A stretch of DNA of 64,000 nucleotides from Pseudomonadales bacterium (GCA_965197005.1 OZ239982.1:1456322-1520321); one strand, 5' to 3'. Positions 20,632-30,889 are shown, counted from the first letter of the stretch. Numbers and translations: made by a program. Notes: generated by a model from the letters alone, not told the origin.

Positions 20632-20659
20632 TTGACTTTAATAAAAAAGTCCGTATGAT
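20632..20659 (+). promoter_or_regulatory. Sigma70-type promoter of tRNA-Ser
   Basis: TTGACT, 16 nt, TATGAT, followed by a GC-rich discriminator (GCGCTCTC). Confidence 0.55.
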
Positions 20660-20672
20660 ATGCGCTCTCTTC

Positions 20673-20763
20673 GGAGGGATGGCAGAGCGGTTGAATGCAC
20701 CGGTCTTGAAAACCGGCATAGGTTTGTAGCCTATCCAGGGTTCGAATCCCTGTTCCTCCGCCA
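20673..20763 (+). tRNA. tRNA-Ser (UGA)
   Basis: Acceptor GGAGGGA/TTCCTCC, anticodon stem CCGGT/ACCGG with loop CTTGAAA, long variable arm, TPsiC arm GGTTCGAATCC, encoded CCA. Confidence 0.9.
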
Positions 20764-20846
20764 ATTATTTTTTATTGCTGAAATTTAATTGTGAGAGTTT
20801 TTAATGTTTCATAGTGATTCCTTTATTTTTTAAAAGTAGAGTGTTT

Positions 20847-20872
20847 GCCAGCTTCATAGCTGGCTTTTTTTT
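20847..20872 (+). terminator. Intrinsic terminator downstream of the tRNA genes
   Basis: GCCAGC-TTCATA-GCTGGC hairpin followed by T8. Confidence 0.7.
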
Positions 20873-20882
20873 GCCTAAAATA

Positions 20883-22274
20883 TTAGCGATGGGTTTGTTT
20901 TTTGCGTCTGCTAATCTGCACCAAACGCCCTCCTAAAAACAAAGCGGCACTGGTTAAGCCAATAATTAAACCAATCCAAAAACCCGCCGCACCTAATGGT
21001 TCTTCCAATTTAAATGCCAGCCAATAGCCAGAGCCTAAACCCAAAAACCAATAGGTAAATAAGGTAATAAACATCACTGCTAAGGTATCTTGATAGCCAC
21101 GCAATGCACCTGCCGCTGCAATTTGAATGGCATCAGGAATTTGATATAACGCAGCAAACAACAATAATGCAGAACCAATATAAATAACGGTTAAATCATG
21201 AGAGTAAAGCGTCGCAATAAGATGAGAGGCAAATACCAATAATGTGGCATTAAATAGAGCTACAAATAAATTAATACGCATGCCTAGCCAAGTTGCTTTA
21301 GCCGCATTATCTGGTTGATTTAAACCCAAATAATGTCCGACACGCACGGTTAATGCCATAGCCAAACTTAAAGGAATCATGAAAAACAAACTAGAGGTGT
21401 TAATGGCTATTTGATGTCCGCCAACGGTTTCTTTACCCAAATCAGTTAGAAATAAAGCGATGACAGAAAACAAGCTCACTTCAAAAAAGATAGCAATACC
21501 AATAGGCGTACCAACTTGTAATAACTGCTTAACTGACTGCCAATGCGGTTTTAATACCCGCTTAAATAGTGTGACACGTCTGTCTAATAAATGTTGGCGA
21601 GTATACAAATAAGACAACAGTGCCATGATTAAAAACACCAATGAACTGCCTATACCGCAGCCTGCACCACCAAACTGCCAAAAGCCATTAATTCCATAAA
21701 CAAATAACGCATTTAAAGGAATATTAAGCACCAAGCCAATAAGCATGATTTTGGTAATTGGGGCTGCCTTGTGTTTTGCTTCAGCATAAAAACGATAGGC
21801 AAGAAACACACCTGCAAAGGGCAATCCACAAGCAATATAAAATAAGTACTCTTGGCTAATTGCCGCCATATTCGGCTTACTCACTAAGGCAGGCACTAAA
21901 TAAAATGCCAACACAACCAATAGCGTTGCAAATAAGAGTGACAAAAGTAACCCTAAAAAAATACTGGCACTTAATAGACGAGGTAAAGTATGAGTTTGCT
22001 TGCGAGCACTCAAAGCGGAGACAATCGGCGATAATGCCATTAGCACCCCTGCCATCAACAACCATATAGGTGTCCAAATGCTGGTACCAATGGCAACCGC
22101 AGCAAGGTCGGTAGTGCTGACATTGCCTGACATAATCGTATCTATTGTGCCCATACCCACTTGTGCTAGCTGGGTAATTAAAATTGGCAGGGTCAATTTA
22201 AGAATGGCTTTAAATTCAAGATATGAGTTAAAATGATTGGCTTGCATGGACGTTCCTATAAAATTAGGCTGCAT
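20883..22274 (-). CDS. norM: MATE-family multidrug efflux transporter
   Basis: 463 aa with 12 TM segments and a typical NorM-like N-terminus (LKLTLPILITQLAQVGMGTIDTIMSG). Confidence 0.85.
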   Translation of the reverse strand: MQPNFIGTSMQANHFNSYLEFKAILKLTLPILITQLAQVGMGTIDTIMSGNVSTTDLAAVAIGTSIWTPIWLLMAGVLMALSPIVSALSARKQTHTLPRLLSASIFLGLLLSLLFATLLVVLAFYLVPALVSKPNMAAISQEYLFYIACGLPFAGVFLAYRFYAEAKHKAAPITKIMLIGLVLNIPLNALFVYGINGFWQFGGAGCGIGSSLVFLIMALLSYLYTRQHLLDRRVTLFKRVLKPHWQSVKQLLQVGTPIGIAIFFEVSLFSVIALFLTDLGKETVGGHQIAINTSSLFFMIPLSLAMALTVRVGHYLGLNQPDNAAKATWLGMRINLFVALFNATLLVFASHLIATLYSHDLTVIYIGSALLLFAALYQIPDAIQIAAAGALRGYQDTLAVMFITLFTYWFLGLGSGYWLAFKLEEPLGAAGFWIGLIIGLTSAALFLGGRLVQISRRKKQTHR

Positions 22275-22313
22275 TTTGCCTGTATTTTTATCCTCTGACT
22301 ATTTTATTTTTAA

Positions 22314-22832
22314 ATGATGAACAATTTATCTAAGCCTGTTTCTGCCCAACAAATTATGACCTTGTTTAATCAATGCTTTAAGCAAGATGAAAAAACCGAA
22401 CTGATAGGCAATGGCAAAGAACCTTTATACCTACCCAAAGAGGCCACCCGTGATTATGCACAAATTATTTTTACGCAAGACTATGTTGCCTCTGCCTTGC
22501 ATGAAGTTGCCCACTGGTGTATTGCGGGCTTTGCCCGCAGACAACAACTCGATTATGGTTACTGGTATGCACCTGAGGGTCGTAATCACAAACAACAACA
22601 GGCTTTTTATCAAGTGGAAATAAAACCCCAAGCCCTTGAATGGATTTTTTCTGATAGCTGCCAATATGAATTTCACATCAGTTGTGATAATTTTTTATCC
22701 ACAAAAGAAGCCTTACAAGATGAACAACGGTTTATCTCTGCTGTTAAACAACAAAAACAAATATACTTAAATCAGCAACTGCCTAAGCGTGCAAAGCTAT
22801 TCAATCAGAGATTAATAGATTATTATTGTTAG
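22314..22832 (+). CDS. epmC: Elongation factor P hydroxylase
   Basis: 172 aa. Size and the [10 protein letters not shown] segment match my recollection of EpmC/YfcM. Confidence 0.65.
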   Translation: MMNNLSKPVSAQQIMTLFNQCFKQDEKTELIGNGKEPLYLPKEATRDYAQIIFTQDYVASALHEVAHWCIAGFARRQQLDYGYWYAPEGRNHKQQQAFYQVEIKPQALEWIFSDSCQYEFHISCDNFLSTKEALQDEQRFISAVKQQKQIYLNQQLPKRAKLFNQRLIDYYC

Positions 22833-22869
22833 CCTATGCAATATTTGTAGATTTAACCTTTTATTTATT

Positions 22870-24250
22870 TTGGAGCTAAGTTTGTCTTTGTCGTTTATCA
22901 ATACCCTATTTAGGAAAAAAAACACACCTACAGAAGTACCTAACAATCAGGTTAAGAAGCCATTAAATAATAAACAAGCAAATAACAAACAAGCAAATAA
23001 CAAACAAGCAAAAACCAGTAAAACACAAAATAAGCCCTCGCAAAGCCCCCATCAAAACAAATCTAACTGGCAACTGAGTCAATTTAAAGTCCCCAAAAAA
23101 GAAGGCAAAACACGCTTTCATGATTTAAACCTAGAAACTGAATTGCTGCATGCTATTTATGATCTTGGCTTTAGTTACTGCACACCAATACAAGCAGAAA
23201 GTTTGCCTGCCACATTAACAGGGCATGATGTAATAGGACAGGCACAAACAGGCACAAACAGGCACTGGCAAGTCTGCTGCCTTTTTATTAACTATTTTAA
23301 ATTATTTACTTAAAGTTCAACCAGAAACACGCTATGCCAGTGAGCCTAGAGCCTTAATTATTGCCCCGACAAGAGAGCTGGCATTACAAATTGGTAATGA
23401 TGCCAAAGACTTAGGAAAATACACAAACTTAAATATATTAACCGTAGTCGGTGGTATGGATTACCAAGCGCAAAAAGACAGCCTACGCAACGAAGTGATT
23501 GATATTTTAGTTGCCACTCCAGGGCGTTTAATCGACTTTTTAAATAGCCGTGACTTATATTTAGACCAAGTGGATATTCTGGTGCTTGATGAAGCTGACC
23601 GTATGCTTGATATGGGCTTTATTCCTGATGTACGCCGTATCGTAAAAGCCACCCCCAATAAAGAAGAGCGTCAAACCTTATTATTTTCTGCCACATTTAA
23701 TTTTGATGTACGTCTATTAATTGACCAATGGACGATTAATCCAGTTAAAGTAGAAATTGAACCTGAGCAGGTTGCCACCGATAGAGTGCAGCAGTCTTTT
23801 TATCTTTTAAGTGAGCAGGGTAAATTAGATTTTTTGCATCAGTTTTTACAACAGCAAAAACCCGAACGCTGCATTTTATTTGCCAACCGCCGCGATATTT
23901 GCCGAGATGTACACACCTACCTAAACAAGCAAGGCTATCCCGCTAAACTTTTGACGGGCGAAGTTAACCAACAAAAACGCCTAAAAACCTTAGAAAGTTT
24001 TAGACAAACCCAAGGCAGCATTATGGTTGCTACCGATGTAGCAGGTCGTGGTATTCATGTAGATGGCGTAAGTCATGTTATTAACTTTAATTTACCTGAT
24101 GACCCCGAAGATTATGTGCATCGTATTGGACGCACAGGACGTGCTGGCGAGCACGGCATTGCGCTCAGTCTGGTTGACGAAGAAGATGCCTTTAACCTAC
24201 CGCAACTAGAAAGCTATTTAGGCAAAAAACTAAACCTTGAGCAGGTTTAA
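22870..24250 (+). pseudogene. rhlB: DEAD-box ATP-dependent RNA helicase (RhlB-like), frameshifted by a 10-bp tandem duplication
   Basis: Track ORFs 22870..23313 and 23456..24250 are two halves of one helicase. The Q motif (TPIQ) and a start of Walker A (AQTGT) are in the first half. DEAD (LVLDEADRM), SAT and HRIGRTGRAG are in the second. Deleting one copy of GGCACAAACA (23241..23260) restores [13 protein letters not shown]...ALIIAPTRELA...GGMDYQ in one frame. Confidence 0.85.
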
Positions 24251-24483
24251 ACGGCGATTAAAGTTGTTTCTGCTCGCAGTAGAATATCTATATTTTCTGT
24301 TAATAAACAACATGCTTATCACAGATAAAGCCCTACTTTTTGGCGATACATAACCCACCTACTACCAGCTTGTACAAAACAGCAATAAGCAAACAACGGC
24401 TAATGTTGGTTAAATTAAAACCACATTTTTATCTGCCTTTATTATCCGTACATATCCTCAAGTGATTTTTCAAAATAGCCGCA

Positions 24484-24528
24484 ATATCACAAAACAGTCA
24501 CAATACTTTAACAATTGAAACATATAAT
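24484..24528 (+). promoter_or_regulatory. Candidate Pho-box-like promoter upstream of phoD
   Basis: Three 7+4 units phased at 11 bp (ATATCACaaaa CAGTCACaata CTTTAACaatt), then 10 nt, then TATAAT (24523..24528). Matches to CTGTCAT are only 4-5 of 7, and the leader would be about 155 nt. Confidence 0.25.
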
Positions 24529-24691
24529 GCTCGTTCAGTTTATTAAGCAAGCACGGATAATGTTTGCTAAACATGAGAGAAGCATCAACACCCAAATAAA
24601 ACTGCACTAAAAAACACAAGCATGTATTTTTTTAGCCCGTAGATTTTGTATTTAAAGCCCATTATCTTATTTACACTTTAGGAGAGAGATT

Positions 24692-26323
24692 ATGTCTATT
24701 AGCCGTCGTAAACTAATTAAAAGTGCAGGAGCATTAGGTGCTGCCAGCATGACCAGCATACCAGTTGGTGCAATGTCATCTAAGCCAGCTGTCGGTGAGC
24801 ATATTTATTTTCAACATGGTGTTGCCTCTGGCGACCCTTTATCTGACCGTGTCATATTATGGACTCGCGTTAGCCCTAAAAATAATGCCCCCATTGAAGT
24901 TACTTGGAAAATTAGCCAAGATAAAGAGGTACAGCAAGTAATTAACAGTGGGCGCATCAAAACCGATGCAAGCCGTGATTATACGGTTAAAATTGATGCC
25001 ACAGGATTATTACCCGACACTTGGTATTACTATCAATTCAGTGTCGCAGGGCAAACCTCCATGTTAGGGCGCACTAAAACAACAGCAGAAACAAACTTAG
25101 ACAACCTACGTCTTGCAGTTGTATCTTGCTCTAGCTTTCCGCACGGTTATTTTAATATTTATCGTGCACTTGCTAAGCGCAACGACCTTGATGCCATTGT
25201 GCATTTAGGCGATTACATTTATGAATACGGTCAGGGTCAATATGGCAATGCCAAGCTAGATAAAGTACGTGCCTTAAAGCCTGCCCATGAAATCAAAACA
25301 CTACAAGATTATCGCACCCGTCATGCCCAATACAAAACAGATGAAGACTTACAGGCAGCACACCAACAATATCCATTTATTGTGACTTGGGACGACCACG
25401 AATTTGCCAATGACACATGGAAAGCAGGGGCAGAAAACCACCAAAAAAATGAAGGTGATTTTTTCAAACGCAAAGCCGCTGCCAAGCAAGCCTATTTTGA
25501 ATGGATGCCCATTCGTGTACAGCCTAAAGGCTTTGAAGCTGTTTATCGGGTGCTTAAATATGGCAACTTAGTAGATTTAATCATGCTCGACACCCGTATA
25601 GAAGGACGAGATGAGCAAGTCGGTTTTTTACAACACCACGAACGCCATGACCCCAACCGTACCCTACTTGGCTTTGACCAAGAACAGTGGTTGCATAATC
25701 AGCTCTCAAGTTCCACAGCAAAATGGAAAATTCTAGGGCAGCAAGTGATGATACAGCACCGTGCCAGCATTGCCTTACCCGATAAACTAGGCGGTGGTTT
25801 GTCTTTTTTCTTAGACTCTTGGGACGGTTACACTGCCACACGCAAACGTCTGTTTGAGCATGTCAAGAACAACAAAATTGACAATTTTGTGGTATTAACT
25901 GGCGACATTCACTCCACTTGGGTTGCCGACCTTTGCATTGATCCCTACGATTGGCAACAATACAATCGCTTTACTGGTAAAGGTGCGATTGGTGTAGAGT
26001 TTGTAACGCCTTCTATCAGCTCCCCAGCATTACCTCCAGTTATTGGCGATATTGCCGCTGCTGCCTTTGTTGCCAACAGCCCCCATTTAAAATATTGCGA
26101 TATGGTTCATCATGGATTTTTTATTTTAGATGTAACCGCACAAAGAGCACAGGCAGACTGGTATTTTATCGACAGCATTGAAAAGCCCAGCATTCAATAT
26201 CAGCATGCAGTTTCATATAAGAGTGAGGACAAACAAAACAAACTAAGCAAAGCCAATCAGCCTGCCCAAGGCAAAGAAAACCCCATTCCTCTTATTCCTA
26301 ACTACAAATATGTATTTAGATAA
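24692..26323 (+). CDS. phoD: Alkaline phosphatase D family, Tat-exported
   Basis: 543 aa with a twin-arginine signal (SRRKLIKSAGALGAAS) and metallophosphatase motifs HLGDYIYEYG and WDDHEF. Confidence 0.85.
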   Translation: MSISRRKLIKSAGALGAASMTSIPVGAMSSKPAVGEHIYFQHGVASGDPLSDRVILWTRVSPKNNAPIEVTWKISQDKEVQQVINSGRIKTDASRDYTVKIDATGLLPDTWYYYQFSVAGQTSMLGRTKTTAETNLDNLRLAVVSCSSFPHGYFNIYRALAKRNDLDAIVHLGDYIYEYGQGQYGNAKLDKVRALKPAHEIKTLQDYRTRHAQYKTDEDLQAAHQQYPFIVTWDDHEFANDTWKAGAENHQKNEGDFFKRKAAAKQAYFEWMPIRVQPKGFEAVYRVLKYGNLVDLIMLDTRIEGRDEQVGFLQHHERHDPNRTLLGFDQEQWLHNQLSSSTAKWKILGQQVMIQHRASIALPDKLGGGLSFFLDSWDGYTATRKRLFEHVKNNKIDNFVVLTGDIHSTWVADLCIDPYDWQQYNRFTGKGAIGVEFVTPSISSPALPPVIGDIAAAAFVANSPHLKYCDMVHHGFFILDVTAQRAQADWYFIDSIEKPSIQYQHAVSYKSEDKQNKLSKANQPAQGKENPIPLIPNYKYVFR

Positions 26324-26448
26324 ACCGCACTTTTCAACAAGCTGCCTTAGGTTAAAAAAACCTCTGGCAGCCTCATGTTATTTGTAAAAATGCGCTAAGC
26401 ATTCTATCATCGGCTTTCTTTTAATAATGACAAAACTGGACGCCTTAT

Positions 26449-27546
26449 ATGAGTTACCTTTTTAGCTTTATCAAACTCTCTTTAACCTTTTTAACGATTG
26501 CCATACTCATATTTATTATTTGGGTTTATCTCAGCACCTATCACCCCAAAGAGCAAGAACCAGCAACCCTTAGCTGCCCTGCCCACGCTCCTACCTATGA
26601 TAGGCAAACACCATTAACCATTCTCAGTTATAACGTGCAGTATTTTGCTGGTAAAAACTACATTTTTTATTATGACATGCCAGATAACAAAGGCCCTGAT
26701 TTACGCCCTAGCCGTGCGGATATAGAGCAAACCCTAGATGGTATTGCCAAGCTCATTAAGACTCAAAATCCTGACGTTGTATTTTTGCAAGAAGTACACG
26801 ATAACGCCAGCGCAACAGACCACCGCAACCAGCTAGAAGAATTACAACAACGCCTACCGAATAATCTTTATCCCTGTGTGAGTGAAACCTTTTACTGGCA
26901 AGCTGATTTTGTGCCACACCCAAAAATTATGGGTTCTGTTGGCATGAAACTGGTCACCTTATCAAAATATAAAATTCGTAACGCCATACGTCACCGCTTG
27001 CCACAAACGCCTATGGACTGGATTTCTAAACAGTTTTACTTAAAACGAGCCATCTTAGCCAGTGAACTAGAAACCCCTAAAGGCAATGCCAATATACAGC
27101 TGCTAAACACCCACTTTGATGCCTTTGCCCAAGGGAGTGATACAATGGAGCAACAGGTTGCTGTAGCTAAAAACATGCTAGAAACCCTAGATAAAAAGCA
27201 AATTCCTTGGATTTTTGCAGGAGACTTAAACCTATTACTAGAAAATGAACGGCACAAACTGCAAGCCTCACAGCAATACCTATACAAACAAGGAACAGAA
27301 CTTACCCCCTTACTTAAATGGCCACACATACCCAATGCCAAGCTATTATCACAAGCTCGCAATAAATGGTTTACGCATTTTCCAAATGACGCTGAAATAC
27401 AAGCTCCAGACCGTGTTATTGATTACCTATTTCACTCTTCATTATGGCATAGGCAAAAAGAACAGGTCATAAACCAAGGTGCGGCACTTAGCTTATCTGA
27501 CCATTTTCCTGTCATCAGTACATTACAATTAAAAACAACCAATTAG
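26449..27546 (+). CDS. Endonuclease/exonuclease/phosphatase (EEP) family protein with an N-terminal membrane anchor
   Basis: 365 aa with an N-terminal TM and EEP-like segments (ILSYNVQY, VVFLQEV, GDLN, SDHFPV). Confidence 0.65.
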   Translation: MSYLFSFIKLSLTFLTIAILIFIIWVYLSTYHPKEQEPATLSCPAHAPTYDRQTPLTILSYNVQYFAGKNYIFYYDMPDNKGPDLRPSRADIEQTLDGIAKLIKTQNPDVVFLQEVHDNASATDHRNQLEELQQRLPNNLYPCVSETFYWQADFVPHPKIMGSVGMKLVTLSKYKIRNAIRHRLPQTPMDWISKQFYLKRAILASELETPKGNANIQLLNTHFDAFAQGSDTMEQQVAVAKNMLETLDKKQIPWIFAGDLNLLLENERHKLQASQQYLYKQGTELTPLLKWPHIPNAKLLSQARNKWFTHFPNDAEIQAPDRVIDYLFHSSLWHRQKEQVINQGAALSLSDHFPVISTLQLKTTN

Positions 27547-27680
27547 CACTTAAACCAGCACAAATTAAAGGGCTTTAATTTGTGCTTGCCATGTATATTT
27601 CTGCCTGATATATTAGTGATTGCTATATTAGATAATCCTAAAATAGCAACTCAAAAATAACTTACTTAAAAGGTCTTAAT

Positions 27681-28124
27681 ATGAAAAAATTGATACTTAC
27701 ACCAGTCTATTGTCTTTTTGCATGTATGCTTTCTATGTCTGCTTTAGCAGCTAAAGCCCCCTCTTCAGCTGAAGGACTAAATGTGATTGTTACCAGTGGC
27801 GAACCACAAACTCAAATGATGGCAATGGTGCTATCTATGATGACATTAAAACAAAACAAAAAAGTAAATATGGTACTTTGTAGTGAAGCAGGTAGCCTTG
27901 CCATTAAAGGCACTAAAAGCCCTGTGGTTAAAGCGATGGAAGCCTCTCCCAAAGCCATTTTGCAAAAACTGATTAAAAAAGGTATGGACGTGAAACTTTG
28001 CCCTCTTTATTTGCCTAGCATTAATAAAGACAAAACCGTTTTAATTAAAGGGGTGCAAGAAGCCGAACCAATGAGCGTAGCCAAACGACTACTAGATAAA
28101 AATTATCATATCCTAAGCTACTAA
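27681..28124 (+). CDS. Small secreted protein, possibly DsrE/DsrF-like fold
   Basis: 147 aa with a signal peptide (SMSALAAKA). Its size and the VIVTSG...VLC pattern are reminiscent of DsrE-like proteins. The functional call is weak. Confidence 0.45.
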   Translation: MKKLILTPVYCLFACMLSMSALAAKAPSSAEGLNVIVTSGEPQTQMMAMVLSMMTLKQNKKVNMVLCSEAGSLAIKGTKSPVVKAMEASPKAILQKLIKKGMDVKLCPLYLPSINKDKTVLIKGVQEAEPMSVAKRLLDKNYHILSY

Positions 28125-28142
28125 AACATACTAAAAATGAAA

Positions 28143-28177
28143 AACAGCAAGCAACGATGTTGCCTGCTGTTTTTTTA
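28143..28177 (+). terminator. Intrinsic terminator
   Basis: ACAGCAAGCAAC / GTTGCCTGCTGT hairpin (one mismatch) followed by T7. Confidence 0.6.
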
Positions 28178-28207
28178 TTTGCACGCTAAGATTAAAAATC
28201 TTTTTTC

Positions 28208-28699
28208 TTATCCTAAAACAAACTGCGGATTAAGCATTGATAATAACTGGTAAGGAGTAAGATATCTAACGCCAAACACGTCACAAATATTAGGAATTTT
28301 GACTTTGGTTGAACTATCATTTACCTTCGCTTCAAGCGTGACAACAGTCGCATTTGTTACTATAGATTTAGCAATAAGCCACGGGTCGCCCTTAGCTAAA
28401 AAAGTGTCTTTTGCTTGATTAGAATAAATCTGGTGTTTCATAACAAAATCAACAATCTTGGTAAAGTTATCCTGTGTGGCTTTATCTGTACAGTCTTGAA
28501 AGTGTGTATCTCTAGTGCCAACCCAAATAGATAAGTCGTCCTTACCATCTTTCAATTCTTGCTAAACAAAATCAATGCTACCAATGATATTATCTTTTGC
28601 TTGTTTATCTAACCAATCCCAATAAGCAGGGCAAAAACTCATTTGATAATAAAGGTTCTTTGCTTGAATATAGGTATTGGCATCAAGAAGATATTTCAT
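28208..28699 (-). pseudogene. DUF4411 (PIN-like) family gene interrupted by one in-frame TAG
   Basis: The minus-strand ATG at 28699..28697 overlaps the upstream stop (TAATG). Translation gives MKYLLDANTYIQAKNLYYQMSFCPAYWDWLDKQAKDNIIGSIDFV, then TAG (28564..28562), then QELKDGKDDLSIWVG and so on to 28208, all in the same frame (492 nt). The N-terminus matches the DUF4411 pattern as I remember it. Confidence 0.7.
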
Positions 28700-29859
28700 T
28701 ACTGTTCATTCTCCGTCTTATCCTTGGCGGCGAATGACTTTAAGTGCTTTGGACGCAAGCCGAGTAAATCAGCGTCATCTCGCATCAATAACTTACCACT
28801 ATTTATTTCGTTAAGAATTGCCTCAGAAAAAGGTGTGCTTATTTCAGCACGGCGAGTGTTGTAAAAGTCCCCACCGCCCCTTTTTTTATTTTTTTGTTTT
28901 TCTAAATATGCTTGTCGCAAACGCTCAACATAGCTTTGATAATTGTTTGTAGAAATCAGATTTAGTGTTAAGGCACGTCTTGCCAATACCCAATGACTGA
29001 CATGAAATATCTGTTTAAGATTATCCAATTGTACATGCCATGGCATGCTATGGTGTTGCCAATTTTCTCTAAAGAGAGCCTCATCAACAAGGAACTCAGC
29101 GGCAATAGCATTACATAGCTTTTCTTCTTGGCGGTGGTTATCAATACTTATATCAGAAACGCCAGATTGACCTATCCACAAGTGTGCTAACTCATGAATG
29201 AGCGTAAAAATACGTGCATACGGCGCATCTGCATTATTAATAAAAATCAGAGGTGCATAATCGTCCATTAAGGCAAAACCTCGAAACTCATCTACATTAA
29301 ATTCTTTATAATTAAACTGTAAGTATCGTTGTCGCATGACCAAAATCCCTATGCTCTCAATTTTAGTCACTAAGTCTTTGTAATAATTTTCCCAATCTCC
29401 TTTGGCAGGGTAAGTCTCAATGCCTAATGTTTTGCGTAGGTCTGCAACCATTTTTTGTATATTACTATTTAAATTAAAACGACCTACAGCATTGTTTTTA
29501 TTCGCTTGCAACTCTATGAGATATTCTCGATACCAGCTTTGGCGGCTTTGCATTTTTTCAACAATCTCAATCAATTCAGGGCTGATTTGCAGGTTTTGTT
29601 TGCTATTAACGGTTCGTAAATCAGGAATAGGCAAAGGTATATTTACAGGAGGTTCAGAAAGAAATAGGTAGCCAAAAGGAACACCTGCTTTTTTTGCAAA
29701 CTTAATTGCCTGCTTAAAGGTTGGTTGTTTCTCTCCATCTTCCCAATCACTAATTTTATTATCTTGTGTACTGATGCTTTTCGCCATATCAGCCACAGTT
29801 AAACCTGCTCGATTACGTGCCCAACTCAACATTGTGTGATTTACATTAGCAGTAGTCAT
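28699..29859 (-). CDS. XRE-type HTH fused to an ImmA/IrrE (DUF955) zinc metallopeptidase
   Basis: 386 aa with an N-terminal HTH (LSWARNRAGLTVADMAKSIS...) and an HExxH motif (LIHELAHLW). Confidence 0.8.
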   Translation of the reverse strand: MTTANVNHTMLSWARNRAGLTVADMAKSISTQDNKISDWEDGEKQPTFKQAIKFAKKAGVPFGYLFLSEPPVNIPLPIPDLRTVNSKQNLQISPELIEIVEKMQSRQSWYREYLIELQANKNNAVGRFNLNSNIQKMVADLRKTLGIETYPAKGDWENYYKDLVTKIESIGILVMRQRYLQFNYKEFNVDEFRGFALMDDYAPLIFINNADAPYARIFTLIHELAHLWIGQSGVSDISIDNHRQEEKLCNAIAAEFLVDEALFRENWQHHSMPWHVQLDNLKQIFHVSHWVLARRALTLNLISTNNYQSYVERLRQAYLEKQKNKKRGGGDFYNTRRAEISTPFSEAILNEINSGKLLMRDDADLLGLRPKHLKSFAAKDKTENEQ

Positions 29860-30050
29860 ATAAGAAAATAAATCAATTGAAATTAATTAAATCTTATCAC
29901 AACATAATTCAATTGATAACGCTCTTTTTAAGCAAATATACCATTGAGACACGCCCACTCTATAAAGCACAAAGCAACCTAAATGCGACCCTGTTTAGCA
30001 TGATTTTTTAAAAAAAACTAAACGCTCAACTCTAAAATACAAATAGAATT

Positions 30051-30818
30051 TTATTTTTTATTTTTACGCTGATATAAATCATCATCACTTTTACTGCGTG
30101 TTTGCTCTGCCATTTCAACCTCGCTTAATGCTTTAAGAGATTTAGATTTAAACTCTCGATGATATAACACCAAAATAACCAAGGTGCTTGAAAAAATAAA
30201 ATAACCAGCTCCAATAAACCAACTTAAAACCGCCATTGCAAAATAAAATGAGCGCAATCCGTTGTTATAACTATGGCTTGCCATATCAATAACCTTAGCC
30301 GCATAAATAACAAAACTTCGACGCTCTGCAGGAGTGACATCATTTTCTTCAGGCATAGGTGCTGCACCAATTAATACACTGGCAAAACCAAACTGACGCA
30401 TAGACCAAGTAAAGGTAAAAAAGCCATAAATAAAAATACAGATCAGTGTGGCGATTTTTATTTCTACTGAAATCAAACTAACAGGCTGAATAAATGAGAC
30501 CTGATTTAACATGCCTCGTATTTCTTCAGAAACGGACAACGAGGTTAATAAACCTGCCAAAATAAGCACACAGGAAGAAGCAAAAAAATTAACATTGCGC
30601 TCAAGGTTGGCAATTAATGCTGCATCTGTCATACGAATTAGGCGTTTTAAAAGACGACGCATCCAGTTCATACGATGCACATGCAAAATAGAGGATAATG
30701 ACTGACGTTTTTTTGCCATTTTTCGAGCAAACCACACATAGCCTATCCAAAGACAAAAAAACCAGATAAAACTCAGTAAATTAATTAATATGGATTGCTC
30801 CATTGATATTGATAACAC
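30051..30818 (-). CDS. DUF599-like integral membrane protein
   Basis: 255 aa with 4-5 TM segments. Family assignment is by resemblance from memory. Confidence 0.5.
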   Translation of the reverse strand: MLSISMEQSILINLLSFIWFFCLWIGYVWFARKMAKKRQSLSSILHVHRMNWMRRLLKRLIRMTDAALIANLERNVNFFASSCVLILAGLLTSLSVSEEIRGMLNQVSFIQPVSLISVEIKIATLICIFIYGFFTFTWSMRQFGFASVLIGAAPMPEENDVTPAERRSFVIYAAKVIDMASHSYNNGLRSFYFAMAVLSWFIGAGYFIFSSTLVILVLYHREFKSKSLKALSEVEMAEQTRSKSDDDLYQRKNKK

Positions 30819-30889
30819 CCTATGTCCCCATTTTTTATACTGCTTAAACCTAACTCAAAAAGGCAATCCTTGCCGTTATATTTCGTTAA

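Noticed and set aside
20324-20880. Genomic island or prophage integration at the tRNA-Asn / tRNA-Ser genes
   Set aside because: There is no integrase, no duplicated tRNA 3' end (att repeat) and no foreign-looking genes adjacent. The 60-aa ORF at 20404..20586 looks spurious.
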